The notes under the pieces: generated by a model
Told to the model about the DNA's origin: nothing
The model's input: the letters and a program-made list of their open reading frames with translations, nothing else
The model's database searches: none
Assembly: GCA_913057675.1 (NCBI GenBank)
Contig: CAJXOL010000001.1
Location: forward strand, 1 to 54,367
Direction of reading: 5' to 3'
Length of the DNA: 54,367 nt
Source: an uncultured Pseudomonadota bacterium
GTDB taxonomy: Bacteria > Pseudomonadota > Gammaproteobacteria > Burkholderiales > Eutrophovitaceae
In this document: positions 1 to 10,206 of the stretch, in pieces
How the letters are laid out: each line of letters begins with the position of its first letter
Numbering within the stretch: position 1 is the first letter of the stretch
Translations under genes and position numbers: made by a program

Positions 1-563
1 ATAAGAACACCCCGAGGAATTCGACCGCCGAGCTTTTGAAATTTTCCCGGATCTCTGAGGAAATCCACTAATTCCGAAACTTCTTCTTTAGCCTCATCGC
101 AGCCTGCCACATCAGCAAACGTCACGCCATTGCCCTCGTCGTTCAATAATTTCGCTTTACTTTTTCCAAAAGAGAACGCACCGCCTCGACCCCCACCCTG
201 CATTTGACGCATAAAGAAAACCCAAACCCCTATGAGTAGCAACATCGGGAACCAAGAAACAAAAATACTCATGAGCAGAGAAGGTTCCTCTGCTGGCTTT
301 GCTTCAACCACAACTCCGGACTTAAGCAGATCAGAAACTAACCATGGATCAGAAGGGGAATACACATCGTAGCGCTGCCCATCCGTCTTTTGAACCTTAA
401 GATTTTGTCCATCAATGGTAACGCTAGCGACACCGCCGGAATTAACATCCTGAATAAACCTAGAGTAAGGTACCGCAGTTTGCTCCAGTTGCCGCGCACT
501 AAATTGGTTAAAAACCGTCATTAGCACAAGAGAAATCACTAGCCATACCAATATATTTTTCAT
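1..563 (-). CDS. ftsH: ATP-dependent zinc metalloprotease FtsH, N-terminal ~187 codons only; the gene runs off the left edge of the window
   Basis: Own translation of the minus strand from ATG at 563-561: MKNILVWLVISLVLMTVFNQF...SIFVSWFPMLLLIGVWVFFMRQMQGGGRGGAFSFGKSKAKLL...FADVAGCDEAKEEVSELVDFLRDPGKFQKLGGRIPRGVL. This is two TM segments plus the conserved stretch just before Walker A. It is absent from the ORF track because it is open at the edge. A TTG at 575-573 is an alternative start. It lies directly downstream of rlmE, as in E. coli. Confidence 0.9.
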   Translation of the reverse strand, partial: MKNILVWLVISLVLMTVFNQFSARQLEQTAVPYSRFIQDVNSGGVASVTIDGQNLKVQKTDGQRYDVYSPSDPWLVSDLLKSGVVVEAKPAEEPSLLMSIFVSWFPMLLLIGVWVFFMRQMQGGGRGGAFSFGKSKAKLLNDEGNGVTFADVAGCDEAKEEVSELVDFLRDPGKFQKLGGRIPRGVL

Positions 564-665
564 CGTATTATTCAAATTCCACTCCCACCCTGCCAACGCT
601 CGGAGCATCTCCGAACTTCAATTAACTTACTATTCTAGACCGAATTCACCTATGTAAGGCCTCAA

Positions 666-1280
666 TCAATCAATTTTGTTCAACCCAACTATAAAAAATT
701 CACTAGAGCGGTCCCTGGAGGCTTTCGGCTTTCTGATATGAACCTTTTGGAAGCTTGATTTAACGCTTTCGCGAAACTCCTTGGCCCCCTCACCCTCAAA
801 GCATTTTATGACCACACTCCCACCTGTTTTTAGAAACTGTTGAGCAAAATCAAAGGCCAACTCAGCTAAAGTTAACCATCGGGCCTGATCTAACGACTTC
901 ACTCCACTTATATTGGGGGCCATATCAGAAATTACAAGACCTACTTCACGATCTGACAATTTTGCCTCCACTGCATCCAAAGTATTCTGTTCTGAAAAAT
1001 CTCCCCGGATAAAATGCACTTGCGGCAACGCTGACATCTCCAATAAATCGACCCCAATCACTAACCCACAAGCTTTCACTCTTCTTGACACCACCTGGCT
1101 CCACCCACCTGGGGCAGCCCCCAAATCAACAACCACCATGCCCGGCGTGACGAGATCATTTTGCTCGAGGATCTCCAGCAATTTAAACGACGCGCGTGAT
1201 CTCCAACCCTCTGAACTTGCTTTTTTCACAAAAGGGTCAGATACGTGCTCCTGCATCCAAGTTTTTTTACGTTTTGACAT
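666..1280 (-). CDS. rlmE: 23S rRNA (uridine2552-2'-O)-methyltransferase RlmE/FtsJ
   Basis: 204-aa ORF with SAM-binding motif VVDLGAAPGGWSQV and FtsJ-type DMAPN segment. Positioned upstream of ftsH. Confidence 0.93.
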   Translation of the reverse strand: MSKRKKTWMQEHVSDPFVKKASSEGWRSRASFKLLEILEQNDLVTPGMVVVDLGAAPGGWSQVVSRRVKACGLVIGVDLLEMSALPQVHFIRGDFSEQNTLDAVEAKLSDREVGLVISDMAPNISGVKSLDQARWLTLAELAFDFAQQFLKTGGSVVIKCFEGEGAKEFRESVKSSFQKVHIRKPKASRDRSSEFFIVGLNKID

Positions 1281-1351
1281 AACGTCGCAACTTATTTACT
1301 CCATTGTGATTACAATACCCGACTTCACAATATACTTACCCGGGGGAAAAA

Positions 1352-1636
1352 GTGAATCCGATATCAGACAAAATTAGACGTGAACTTAAGGCGAAGGCAC
1401 ACCACCTCAACCCTGTTGTAACAATCGGCGATAAGGGGCTCAGCAAACCGGTTTTAAAAGAACTCACCATCGCCCTAGATTCTCACGAATTGATTAAAGT
1501 ACGCATTCACTCGGACGACAAAGATGAGCGCGAAAAAATCATGTCTGGAATTGTCACATCACTTGGAGCAACATCCATCAGTCATATTGGCAAAGTGCTC
1601 ATCGTTTACCGAAAAAACGAGAAGGATACTGACTGA
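1352..1636 (+). CDS. yhbY: YhbY/CRS1-family RNA-binding protein (ribosome assembly)
   Basis: 94 aa with a GTG start preceded by a GGGGG Shine-Dalgarno. Alignable by eye to E. coli YhbY (LKAKAHHLNPVV.IGDKGLS...HELIKV). Divergent from rlmE, as in enterics. Confidence 0.85.
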   Translation: MNPISDKIRRELKAKAHHLNPVVTIGDKGLSKPVLKELTIALDSHELIKVRIHSDDKDEREKIMSGIVTSLGATSISHIGKVLIVYRKNEKDTD

Positions 1637-1682
1637 GAGCCACTACAAATCCAGATTAAGTACTCAGCTCATTTGATAACAT

Positions 1683-2159
1683 TTAAATATATTGCACGGT
1701 CAAAATTTCGTACTCTCTAACCCCGCCAGGCGCATCGACCTCCGCCACATCGCCCGCTTCCTTGCCGATGAGGGCTCGGGCAATTGGTGAGTTAACAGAA
1801 ATTTTTCCACCTTTAATGTCAGCCTCATCCTCGCCTACAATTTGATAACTAACCTCTTTATCGGCCTCCAAGTCGCAGAGGAGAGCAGTTGCGCCAAAAA
1901 CGCAGCGCCCCTCGGCATCGAGTTTCGCAGGGTCAATAATTTGAGCGTTGGACAGTTTTCCACCTAGCTCAATGATACGCCCCTCAACAAAACTTTGACG
2001 TTCCTTGGCCGCATCATACTCTGCGTTTTCGGATAGATCGCCGTGCGCTCTAGCCTCTGATATAGCATTAATTACAGACGGCCGCTCGATAGTTTTCAAT
2101 TGATGCAACTCTTCGCGGAGTTTCTCTGCTCCTACCGCCGTGAGAGGAACTTTTGACAT
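1683..2159 (-). CDS. greA: Transcription elongation factor GreA
   Basis: 158 aa with a typical GreA N-terminal coiled coil ([15 protein letters not shown]..., [14 protein letters not shown]) and C-terminal domain. Conserved position next to carB. Confidence 0.95.
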   Translation of the reverse strand: MSKVPLTAVGAEKLREELHQLKTIERPSVINAISEARAHGDLSENAEYDAAKERQSFVEGRIIELGGKLSNAQIIDPAKLDAEGRCVFGATALLCDLEADKEVSYQIVGEDEADIKGGKISVNSPIARALIGKEAGDVAEVDAPGGVREYEILTVQYI

Positions 2160-2201
2160 ACCAAAAATCCTTTAAAATTTAAATGAGTAAGTGTTAAACA
2201 A

Positions 2202-5200
2202 TCAGCTAAGCAGGCTGTGGGCGCTTTGTAAGGAACGCACACCCAGGTCGGTCATTTGACTGATCCCGTTACTCGCAGCTTTTGCTCCAGCAATCGTGGT
2301 GAAGTAGGTAACCCTGCCTTGCAAAGCGGTTCTCCTTATCGAATATGAGTCCCTAATAGACGCTTGACTATCATCTACTGTATTAATAATCATTGCAATC
2401 TCGCCATTTTTGATCATATCAACAACGTGGGGCCGCCCCTCAGCCACTTTATTTACACGGTTTGCTTGCAACCCATGTTCAGAAAGAGCATGTGCTGTAC
2501 CGTGCGTAGCAATTAACTCAAACCCGTTTTGGGATAGCTCTCGAGCGAGCTCAACAATCTTATCCTTGTCTTGATCTCGAACACTCATAAACACTTTACC
2601 CGAAGTGGGCAACAACACCCCAGCCGCCAATTGCGACTTAACGAAAGCTTCTGAAAAAGATTGACCAATACCCATCACCTCACCGGTTGATCGCATCTCT
2701 GGACCCAAAATAGTATCCACACCCGGAAACTTGATAAACGGAAATACCGCCTCTTTAACTGAGTAGTAAGGAGGTACGATCTCTGACGTGATACCCATTT
2801 GTGCAAGTGTTTTTCCTGCCATGCAACTCGCCGCCACCTTGGCCAAAGGCCGACCAGTAGCCTTCGAAACGTAAGGAACTGTGCGAGATGCACGAGGATT
2901 AACTTCCAACACATAAACGTCTTCACCTTGGATGGCAAACTGAATATTCATCAACCCAACCACGTTGAGCCCTCTAGCGAGCTCAACAGTTTGACGTCTT
3001 AATTCGTCTTTAAGTTCTGGGGACAAACTAAACGGTGGAAGCGAGCACGCAGAATCCCCACTATGGACACCCGCTTGTTCAATATGCTCCATAATCCCAC
3101 CAATAACGACATCGGAGCCATCACAGATCGCATCAACGTCAACCTCAATTGCATCATTTAAGAAGCGATCTAAAAGAACAGGACTGTCGTTGCTGACTTT
3201 TACAGCCTCTCTCATATACCGCTCAAGGTCCGATTGCTGATGAACAATTTCCATCGCCCTGCCACCCAACACATACGATGGGCGCACAACAAGTGGGTAA
3301 CCAATCTCCTCAGCTAAGATTATCGCCTCTTCTGGGTTCCTAGCTGTTCGATTTGGAGGCTGCTTCAAATGAATATCAGAAAGTAATTTTTGAAATTTTT
3401 CCCGATCCTCTGCATTGTCAATCATCTCTGGACTCGTGCCAATGATCGGAACTCCTGCCGCATGCAATCCAGCGGCTAGCTTAAGAGGCGTTTGGCCCCC
3501 GTATTGCACGATAACTCCTTTGGGCTTCTCAACTTCAACAATCTCCAACACGTCTTCGAGAGTCAGCGGTTCAAAATAAAGCCGGTCGGAAATATCATAA
3601 TCGGTGGAGACAGTCTCCGGATTACAATTCACCATAATAGTTTCAAAACCATCATCACGAAGAGCTAAAGAAGCATGGACACAGCAATAATCAAACTCAA
3701 TACCCTGACCAATTCGATTTGGCCCTCCACCTAGCACCATTATTTTTTCGCGATCAGATGGTCGAGATTCACATTCCTCTTCGTAGGTTGAGTACATGTA
3801 AGCCGTATTCGTGTCAAATTCTGCCGCGCAAGTGTCAACTCTTTTAAAAACGGGGCGAATCGAGAGCGAGTGCCGTAAATCTCGCACTTCACACTCATCG
3901 ACACTTAGCAATTTCCCTATGCGTCGATCAGAAAAGCCTTTTTGCTTGATGCGCCGTAAACTTAGTTGGTCAAAACCCTGCAGCGAAGCACTCGAAATCT
4001 CCCGCTCCTCTAGAATTAAATCTTCGATAAATGCAAGAAACCACGGATCAATGTTCGTCACGTGATGAATTTCTTCTGGGCTCATACCAAGACGTAATGC
4101 GTCCGCCACATATAATATGCGTTCCGGTCCTGGGTCAGCAATTTCTGCACGCACCGTTTCAAGATCTGAAGAGCGCTCATCTAATCCATCGATTCCGGTT
4201 TCCAAGCCACGCAGCGCCTTTTGAAACGACTCCTGAAACGTTCGCCCAATAGCCATCACCTCACCCACGGATTTCATCTGAGTTGTGAGTCGTGAATTCG
4301 CTCGTGGAAACTTCTCAAATGCAAAACGTGGGATCTTGGTAACCACATAATCAATAGTCGGCTCAAACGAAGCCGGAGTTTGCCCACCCGTTATGTCGTT
4401 CTTAAGCTCATCAAGCGTAAATCCCACTGCGAGTTTAGCTGCCACCTTCGCAATAGGAAACCCAGTGGCTTTTGAAGCAAGCGCCGACGAACGGGACACT
4501 CGTGGATTCATCTCGATAACGGTCATACGACCGTTATCTGGATTAATCGCAAATTGCACGTTCGAGCCGCCAGTATCAACGCCAATTTCGCGTAAAACTG
4601 CTATCGATGCATTCCGCATGATTTGGTATTCTTTATCAGTCAGAGTTTGAGCTGGGGCTACGGTAATCGAATCGCCTGTATGAACCCCCATAGCATCTAA
4701 ATTTTCAATTGAACATATGATGATGCAGTTATCCGCCCGATCACGAACAACCTCCATTTCAAATTCTTTCCACCCAATGACGGACTCTTCAATTAAAACC
4801 TCTTTGGTCGGCGAGGCGTCCAGACCTCTTTCGACAATCTCAACGAACTCTTCTTTGTTATACGCAATACCCCCACCGGCTCCCCCCATCGTAAATGAAG
4901 GTCGCAGAATAGCGGGATAACCAATCAAAGCCTGAACCTGAATTGCCTCTTCTAGGCTGTGCGCTATCATCGATTTAGGGCTATCGAGGCCAATTTTTGT
5001 CATTGCAGTTTTAAATTTTTCGCGATCCTCAGCCTTATCAATAGCCTCTTTGCTCGCACCAATCATTTCTACTGAATATTTATCTAAAACTCCGTGCTTA
5101 GCCAAATCCAATGCGCAATTTAGAGCAGTCTGTCCACCCATAGTGGGAAGCAAAGCATCAGGCTTCTCAGTCGCAATAATCTTTTCTACTATCTGCCAAG

Positions 5201-5408
5201 TTATAGGCTCAATGTAGGTAACATCAGCCAACTCCGGGTCGGTCATAATAGTCGCTGGGTTAGAGTTCACCAGGATGACTCGATAACCCTCCTCACGCAG
5301 TGCTTTACAAGCTTGGGCGCCAGAATAATCAAACTCACAAGCCTGCCCGATGACAATCGGACCAGCACCTATGATCAATATTGATTGAATATCTTCTCTT
5401 TTCGGCAT
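2202..5408 (-). CDS. carB: Carbamoyl-phosphate synthase large subunit
   Basis: 1068 aa. N-terminus is [30 protein letters not shown]. Has duplicated ATP-grasp halves and a C-terminal MGS-like domain. Confidence 0.97.
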   Translation of the reverse strand: MPKREDIQSILIIGAGPIVIGQACEFDYSGAQACKALREEGYRVILVNSNPATIMTDPELADVTYIEPITWQIVEKIIATEKPDALLPTMGGQTALNCALDLAKHGVLDKYSVEMIGASKEAIDKAEDREKFKTAMTKIGLDSPKSMIAHSLEEAIQVQALIGYPAILRPSFTMGGAGGGIAYNKEEFVEIVERGLDASPTKEVLIEESVIGWKEFEMEVVRDRADNCIIICSIENLDAMGVHTGDSITVAPAQTLTDKEYQIMRNASIAVLREIGVDTGGSNVQFAINPDNGRMTVIEMNPRVSRSSALASKATGFPIAKVAAKLAVGFTLDELKNDITGGQTPASFEPTIDYVVTKIPRFAFEKFPRANSRLTTQMKSVGEVMAIGRTFQESFQKALRGLETGIDGLDERSSDLETVRAEIADPGPERILYVADALRLGMSPEEIHHVTNIDPWFLAFIEDLILEEREISSASLQGFDQLSLRRIKQKGFSDRRIGKLLSVDECEVRDLRHSLSIRPVFKRVDTCAAEFDTNTAYMYSTYEEECESRPSDREKIMVLGGGPNRIGQGIEFDYCCVHASLALRDDGFETIMVNCNPETVSTDYDISDRLYFEPLTLEDVLEIVEVEKPKGVIVQYGGQTPLKLAAGLHAAGVPIIGTSPEMIDNAEDREKFQKLLSDIHLKQPPNRTARNPEEAIILAEEIGYPLVVRPSYVLGGRAMEIVHQQSDLERYMREAVKVSNDSPVLLDRFLNDAIEVDVDAICDGSDVVIGGIMEHIEQAGVHSGDSACSLPPFSLSPELKDELRRQTVELARGLNVVGLMNIQFAIQGEDVYVLEVNPRASRTVPYVSKATGRPLAKVAASCMAGKTLAQMGITSEIVPPYYSVKEAVFPFIKFPGVDTILGPEMRSTGEVMGIGQSFSEAFVKSQLAAGVLLPTSGKVFMSVRDQDKDKIVELARELSQNGFELIATHGTAHALSEHGLQANRVNKVAEGRPHVVDMIKNGEIAMIINTVDDSQASIRDSYSIRRTALQGRVTYFTTIAGAKAASNGISQMTDLGVRSLQSAHSLLS

Positions 5409-5427
5409 GAAATTATCCCAGCGCTGT

Positions 5428-6582
5428 TTAGCGCTTGTTTCGAATTATTGTTTCTCGATCGATATTGTCGATAAACCGGTCAAACAAATAACCCACATCA
5501 TGGGGTCCCGGACTCGCCTCAGGGTGACCTTGAAAAGAGAATGCGGGCAAATCTGTTCGTTCAATCCCCTGCAAACTCCCATCGAATAATGACGTGTGCG
5601 TGGTCCGGAGTGTACTAGGCAAAACGGTTTGATCAACTTCAAAACCATGATTTTGACTCGTAATTAACACCTGGCCGGTGTCTAAATCTTTCACTGGATG
5701 ATTAGCACCATGATGTCCAAATTTCATTTTTCGCGTCTTAGCCCCGCTCGCAAGGGCAAGGAGCTGATGGCCTAAACAAATACCAAAAATAGGAACCCCT
5801 TGCCCCAATAATTGTTGGATCGCCTCAATGGCATAGGTACAAGGCTCAGGATCCCCAGGACCATTTGACAAGAACACTCCGTCAGGCTTCATGCTTAATA
5901 CGTCTTTGGCTGCGGTCATCGCAGGCACTACAGTAACGCGGCAACCTCGAGAAACTAACATCCTAAGGATATTACGTTTCACCCCAAAGTCATAGGCAAC
6001 AACATGGCGTAAAACATCTTTTTTTTGTTGCGGCTCAGGCTCAAGCAACCACTCTGGCTCTGCCCACTCGTAAACATCATCGCAAGACACTTGGCTTGCC
6101 AAATCACTTCCTGCCAAACCTGGAAACGCACGAGCACGCTCCAATAACGCAGCCTGCCCTAGATCACCCAAGCCGATCACACCCGATAATGCACCCTTCT
6201 CGCGCAGCACTCTCGTTAGCTTCCGCGTATCGATGCCTGCAATAGCTGGGACGTTTTGCTCTTTCAACCAATCACTCAAACCACTTGTAGAACGAAAATT
6301 ACTCGCCAACAATGGTAAGTCACGAATCACAAGTCCAGCCGCTCGAGCAGCAACTGATTCAAAATCCTCGTCATTACATCCAACATTTCCTATATGAGGA
6401 TAGGTCAATGTGACAATTTGATTTTGATACGAAGGATCTGTGAGGATCTCCTGGTATCCGGTCATTGAGGTATTAAAAACCACCTCACCAACGGCGGACT
6501 CCGCTGACCCTATTGAAAAACCTTGAAACACAGACCCGTCCTCGAGCACCAAGATCGCTGGATCACATTTTTGATACGACAA
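5428..6582 (-). CDS. carA: Carbamoyl-phosphate synthase small (glutamine amidotransferase) subunit
   Basis: 384 aa with class-I GATase motif [10 protein letters not shown]. The start is TTG (6582-6580), preceded by GGAGG at 6591-6587. Lies 19 nt upstream of carB. Confidence 0.95.
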   Translation of the reverse strand: MSYQKCDPAILVLEDGSVFQGFSIGSAESAVGEVVFNTSMTGYQEILTDPSYQNQIVTLTYPHIGNVGCNDEDFESVAARAAGLVIRDLPLLASNFRSTSGLSDWLKEQNVPAIAGIDTRKLTRVLREKGALSGVIGLGDLGQAALLERARAFPGLAGSDLASQVSCDDVYEWAEPEWLLEPEPQQKKDVLRHVVAYDFGVKRNILRMLVSRGCRVTVVPAMTAAKDVLSMKPDGVFLSNGPGDPEPCTYAIEAIQQLLGQGVPIFGICLGHQLLALASGAKTRKMKFGHHGANHPVKDLDTGQVLITSQNHGFEVDQTVLPSTLRTTHTSLFDGSLQGIERTDLPAFSFQGHPEASPGPHDVGYLFDRFIDNIDRETIIRNKR

Positions 6583-6635
6583 TCGACCTCCATGGACGAA
6601 TTTAAGTGGGATTGGGGGATAAGTACCGCCCTTGC

Positions 6636-6673
6636 AAAAAGTGGGAGAAATCGCTTTGCGCTCCTCCCACTTA
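6636..6673 (-). terminator. Hairpin plus U-run between dapB and carA (dapB terminator and/or carAB leader attenuator)
   Basis: On the minus strand, AAGUGGGAG (6672-6664) pairs perfectly with CUCCCACUU (6647-6639) across a 16-nt loop. The stem is followed by UUU GCAAGG. Confidence 0.5.
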
Positions 6674-6782
6674 GGAAATATTATACAGCTAGATGGAACT
6701 ATCGATCAATCGCTAGAACGGACTAACCGAAGTAAATCAGTAAACCTTAGCTAGCGGTAGGAGACTTCAATAATGAGAATGG

Positions 6783-7586
6783 CTAGCTATTAAGAACATC
6801 TTCCATATCAAACAGACCGCCACTCTTCCCTGACAGAAACTTTGCCGCCCTGATGGCTCCGACAGCAAAATTACTCCTGTCCGAGGCTTTATGAGCGATT
6901 TCGATTCGCTCTCCCGTCCCGGCGAATATAGCCGTATGCTCGCCTACAATATCCCCAGCCCGTACAGCTGAGAATCCAATCGCCTTTTGATCACGTTCGC
7001 CAGTGTTGCCTTCTCGCCCATAAACAGCGCAATCCGACAGATTTCTTCCCAGAGACTCCGCAATGACCTCACCCATTCGCAACGCAGTTCCAGATGGGGC
7101 ATCAACCTTGTGTTTATGATGCGCCTCTACAATCTCAATATCATAACCCTCGTCGAGAGCTTGAGCAGCCGTTTTTAATAACCGCAATAGGACGTTAACG
7201 CCAACACTCATGTTTGGCGCCATCATAATAGGAATAGTCTCAGCCGCTTGCTTTATTGCCGCCTTTTCCTGATCAGAAAAACCTGTTGTGCCAATAACCA
7301 TAGCCGTCTTATGCGACACGCAAGCCTCCAAATGTCGCAGCGTTCCGTCAGGCCTTGTAAAGTCAATTAAAACGTCTGCTCCATCTATGATAGTCGCGAT
7401 ATCTGACGATATGCTCACTCCTGCCTCAAACCCGAGAAGCGCGCCAGCATCCTTACCTAAATAAGGGTTACCTGGCACCTCCAGAGCCCCAGATAATTCT
7501 AGCGCTTCACCATCTCGAATGATACCAATTAGCGCCCGCCCCATTTTGCCTGATGCGCCGCATACTGCGATTTTTAAATTATTCAT
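6783..7586 (-). CDS. dapB: 4-hydroxy-tetrahydrodipicolinate reductase
   Basis: 267 aa with NAD(P)-binding N-terminus KIAVCGASGKMGR and signature EAHHKHKVDAPSGTA. Confidence 0.95.
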   Translation of the reverse strand: MNNLKIAVCGASGKMGRALIGIIRDGEALELSGALEVPGNPYLGKDAGALLGFEAGVSISSDIATIIDGADVLIDFTRPDGTLRHLEACVSHKTAMVIGTTGFSDQEKAAIKQAAETIPIMMAPNMSVGVNVLLRLLKTAAQALDEGYDIEIVEAHHKHKVDAPSGTALRMGEVIAESLGRNLSDCAVYGREGNTGERDQKAIGFSAVRAGDIVGEHTAIFAGTGERIEIAHKASDRSNFAVGAIRAAKFLSGKSGGLFDMEDVLNS

Positions 7587-7647
7587 AATGATATTTTCAA
7601 TTAGCTAATGGTCATCTCTATTAATTCTCGGCCCATGATGCATCCCC

Positions 7648-7998
7648 TCACTCATTCCCCCAACTTTCCACCACCACATCACCCTCTAATTTTTTCAAAA
7701 GGTCCTGCTCAAAGATAACGACTATCACCCGCTCTCGTTTGACGTCTCCAGCCGTCCCGGATAAATAAACGTAATTCCAATTACTCGGAGTGAGGGGGTC
7801 AATCACCAAGGGCGTGCCCAAAACAAAAGACACCTGATCCTTCGACATGCCCGGTTTAAGCTTCGTTAGCATGTCCTGATCGACGTAATTCCCCTGTCTA
7901 ACTTCCATTTTATATGGGGACAAAAAACATGAGGAGATGAAAAATGTGAGCGCTATAACACTCAAGCCCTTAAAGATACGAATAGTGAATCCAATCAT
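7648..7998 (-). CDS. bamE: Outer-membrane protein assembly factor BamE (SmpA/OmlA lipoprotein)
   Basis: 116 aa. Signal peptide with lipobox FISSC and an SmpA/OmlA-like core (QGNYVDQDMLTKLKPGMSKDQVSFVLGTP). Divergent from fur, as for omlA-fur in Pseudomonas. Confidence 0.8.
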   Translation of the reverse strand: MIGFTIRIFKGLSVIALTFFISSCFLSPYKMEVRQGNYVDQDMLTKLKPGMSKDQVSFVLGTPLVIDPLTPSNWNYVYLSGTAGDVKRERVIVVIFEQDLLKKLEGDVVVESWGNE

Positions 7999-8076
7999 GC
8001 CAAAATTAAACCTGAAGGTTAGTCAAAGTGCAGTTAAACCGTTATGATAGGCTAAACTCAATATAATTACACTGTC

Positions 8077-8508
8077 ATGAAAACACCATTAAATTTAAAA
8101 AACATGGGGCTGAAGGAAACGCTGCCCAGATTAAAGATAATTAACGTGTTTGAAACATCAACTTCACGACACCTATCGGCAGAGGATATTTATCGCCATC
8201 TTTTAGAGGATCAAATGGACGTGGGACTAGCCACGGTTTACCGAGTGCTCACGCAATTCGAGCAAGCTGGCATTCTCATGCGGCATCACTTCGAATCAGG
8301 GAAAGCCGTCTACGAACTTGACCAAGGCGACCACCATGATCATTTAGTATGTAACCAATGTGGGCGAGTGGAAGAATTTTATGACGAAGAGATTGAAGTT
8401 CGACAAACAAACATCGCAAAAGATCGAGGGTTTAAAATTCTCGGGCACTCACTCCACATATACGCAGACTGCACCAAGTCAAATTGCCCGCATAGAAATA
8501 AAAGCTGA
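8077..8508 (+). CDS. fur: Ferric uptake regulator
   Basis: 143 aa with a winged-helix N-terminus (GLKETLPRLKIINVFE...ATVYRVL) and metal sites HHDHLVCNQCG... Confidence 0.9.
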   Translation: MKTPLNLKNMGLKETLPRLKIINVFETSTSRHLSAEDIYRHLLEDQMDVGLATVYRVLTQFEQAGILMRHHFESGKAVYELDQGDHHDHLVCNQCGRVEEFYDEEIEVRQTNIAKDRGFKILGHSLHIYADCTKSNCPHRNKS

Positions 8509-8528
8509 ATATTTATAGAAAAATCTGT

Positions 8529-10187
8529 TCACCTTGCGCCTAACTTAATCAATTCAAGAGCATGCGCTTTAGCTTGATCTGAAATAACTTCGCCCGCTAA
8601 CATTCTAGCAATCTCATCAACACACTCCTTATCCTCAAGTCTTTGCAGACGCGTACTGGACAATAATTCTGATTGAACCTTTGCCACCCTCCAATGGGAG
8701 TCCGCAAGAGCAGCCACTTGAGGCAAATGCGTTACGCATAAAACTTGCGCGCTTTTCCCCACGGCCTTCAACATCCGGCCAACAACTTCAGCAACTGCCC
8801 CCCCAACTCCTGAGTCAACCTCATCAAATATCACTGTAGGCACAGCAGAATCCTGGTAGATGACCGACTGGATCGCAAGCGATATTCGAGACAGCTCACC
8901 CCCGGAGGCGACCTTGCCCACTGGCTTGGCCTCTGCGCCTGGATTGGTGGCCACGTAAAACTCAACCTGCTCAAGACCAGTCAAACCAGGCTCAACTTTC
9001 GGGATGAGTTTAGCCTCAAAAAAAACACCAGACATAGCCAACTCTGCGAGTGCAGCATTAACCTTTTTCGTCATTTTGGTTGACGCCTTTGCTCGGCCCA
9101 AGCTCAATTCGCGCGCCACGGCGAAGTAGCTCTTTTGAGCAGCAGCTTCCTCTTTCTGAAGCTCATCGATATCGGTTGTAACAACTAACTGCTCAAGCTC
9201 AAGCTCTACGTCCGATCTAAGCTGAAACAATTCTTCTGGAGAAACTCCATATTTACGAGCACATCGTTGCACATCAGCAATTCTTTTGTCTAACAGATCG
9301 GCCAAACCCGGGTCGACATCTAAAGAGTCCGCGTATCGACGAAGATCTCGATTGAACTCGGACAACTCAATCTCCAAGCCGTCAAGGTCTTTTAACATCT
9401 CGGCAACCTGAGGATCAACTCCAGCAACTGCATCAAGCTTCGATCGAACGCCTGCAAGAATGGAAAGAATATTTTGATCGCCGTCGCCAAGCAAATGTAC
9501 CGACTCACTGGCCGCACTGATTAGCTCGTTGAGATTGCTCAACTTACGGTGCTGGTCAACCGTCTGGTGCCACTCTTGGGGCGCAAAATCTAATGCATCT
9601 AAGTCTTTTTGCGTTTCAAGCAATACCTCTATTTTCTGCTTTAATGAATCAGCCTGCTCTAGACATTGAGATAATTTCACTTTCACTGATAGCCATTTAT
9701 GCCAACTCTCTTCTACTAACCGTACTGATTCAGATAGACGGCCGAAACGATCTAAAACCTTACAATGTGAGGATGAATCAACCAACGAGTAGTGTTCATG
9801 TTGTCCGTGTATATCGACAAGCAAAGCACCCAAATCTTTGAGTTGCTTTACCGTTACGGGCACGCCATTTATCCAAGATCGTGAACGACCCGCGGTATCG
9901 ATAACACGCCTAAGCACGCATTCCTCAGCACCCAAATCAGACTCTACCAAAAAAGAAAGAACATGAGGCAGACTCGACACATCAAACTCTGCAACGATAT
10001 CTGCTCGGCTCGAGCCCGTCCTGATGCTACCCACATCAGAGCGCCCACCCAAGATAAGACTGATTGCACCTAGCACTATCGATTTGCCTGCGCCAGTTTC
10101 TCCCGTGAGGATAGTAAACCCGGGATCTAAGTCAAGCTCAACTAAATCAATCAGCACATAGTCCTTAACCGTTAAGCGAGTTAGCAT
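8529..10187 (-). CDS. recN: DNA repair protein RecN
   Basis: SMC-like ATPase. The canonical N-terminus MLTRLTVKDYVLIDLVELDLDPGFTILTGETGAGKS begins at the ATG at 10187. The ORF-track start at 10256 adds 23 non-conserved residues and would overlap nadK by 50 nt. Confidence 0.93.
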   Translation of the reverse strand: MLTRLTVKDYVLIDLVELDLDPGFTILTGETGAGKSIVLGAISLILGGRSDVGSIRTGSSRADIVAEFDVSSLPHVLSFLVESDLGAEECVLRRVIDTAGRSRSWINGVPVTVKQLKDLGALLVDIHGQHEHYSLVDSSSHCKVLDRFGRLSESVRLVEESWHKWLSVKVKLSQCLEQADSLKQKIEVLLETQKDLDALDFAPQEWHQTVDQHRKLSNLNELISAASESVHLLGDGDQNILSILAGVRSKLDAVAGVDPQVAEMLKDLDGLEIELSEFNRDLRRYADSLDVDPGLADLLDKRIADVQRCARKYGVSPEELFQLRSDVELELEQLVVTTDIDELQKEEAAAQKSYFAVARELSLGRAKASTKMTKKVNAALAELAMSGVFFEAKLIPKVEPGLTGLEQVEFYVATNPGAEAKPVGKVASGGELSRISLAIQSVIYQDSAVPTVIFDEVDSGVGGAVAEVVGRMLKAVGKSAQVLCVTHLPQVAALADSHWRVAKVQSELLSSTRLQRLEDKECVDEIARMLAGEVISDQAKAHALELIKLGAR

Positions 10188-10206
10188 AAGAAAACTTTCT
10201 CCAACG

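Noticed and set aside
600-614. Small hairpin TCGGAG-CAT-CTCCGA in the rlmE-ftsH spacer
   Set aside because: It is a 6-bp stem with a 3-nt loop and no U-tract. That is too weak to call a terminator or processing site.
1281-1351. ATTGT-N4-ACAAT inverted repeat and a possible sigma-32 promoter in the rlmE/yhbY divergent spacer
   Set aside because: The 5-bp arms are AT-rich. No CTTGAAA/CCCCAT pair occurs at a workable spacing.
913-1377. 154-aa plus-strand ORF antisense to rlmE and running into the yhbY start
   Set aside because: It lies entirely within and opposite a well-supported gene. Its composition is low-complexity (S/T/P/C-rich) with no recognisable domain. It is a typical shadow ORF.
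8041-8076. Possible Fur box upstream of fur (GTTATGATAGGCTAAACTCAATATAATTAC)
   Set aside because: It has only scattered matches to GATAATGATAATCATTATC and is AT-rich background sequence. I cannot support autoregulation from sequence alone.
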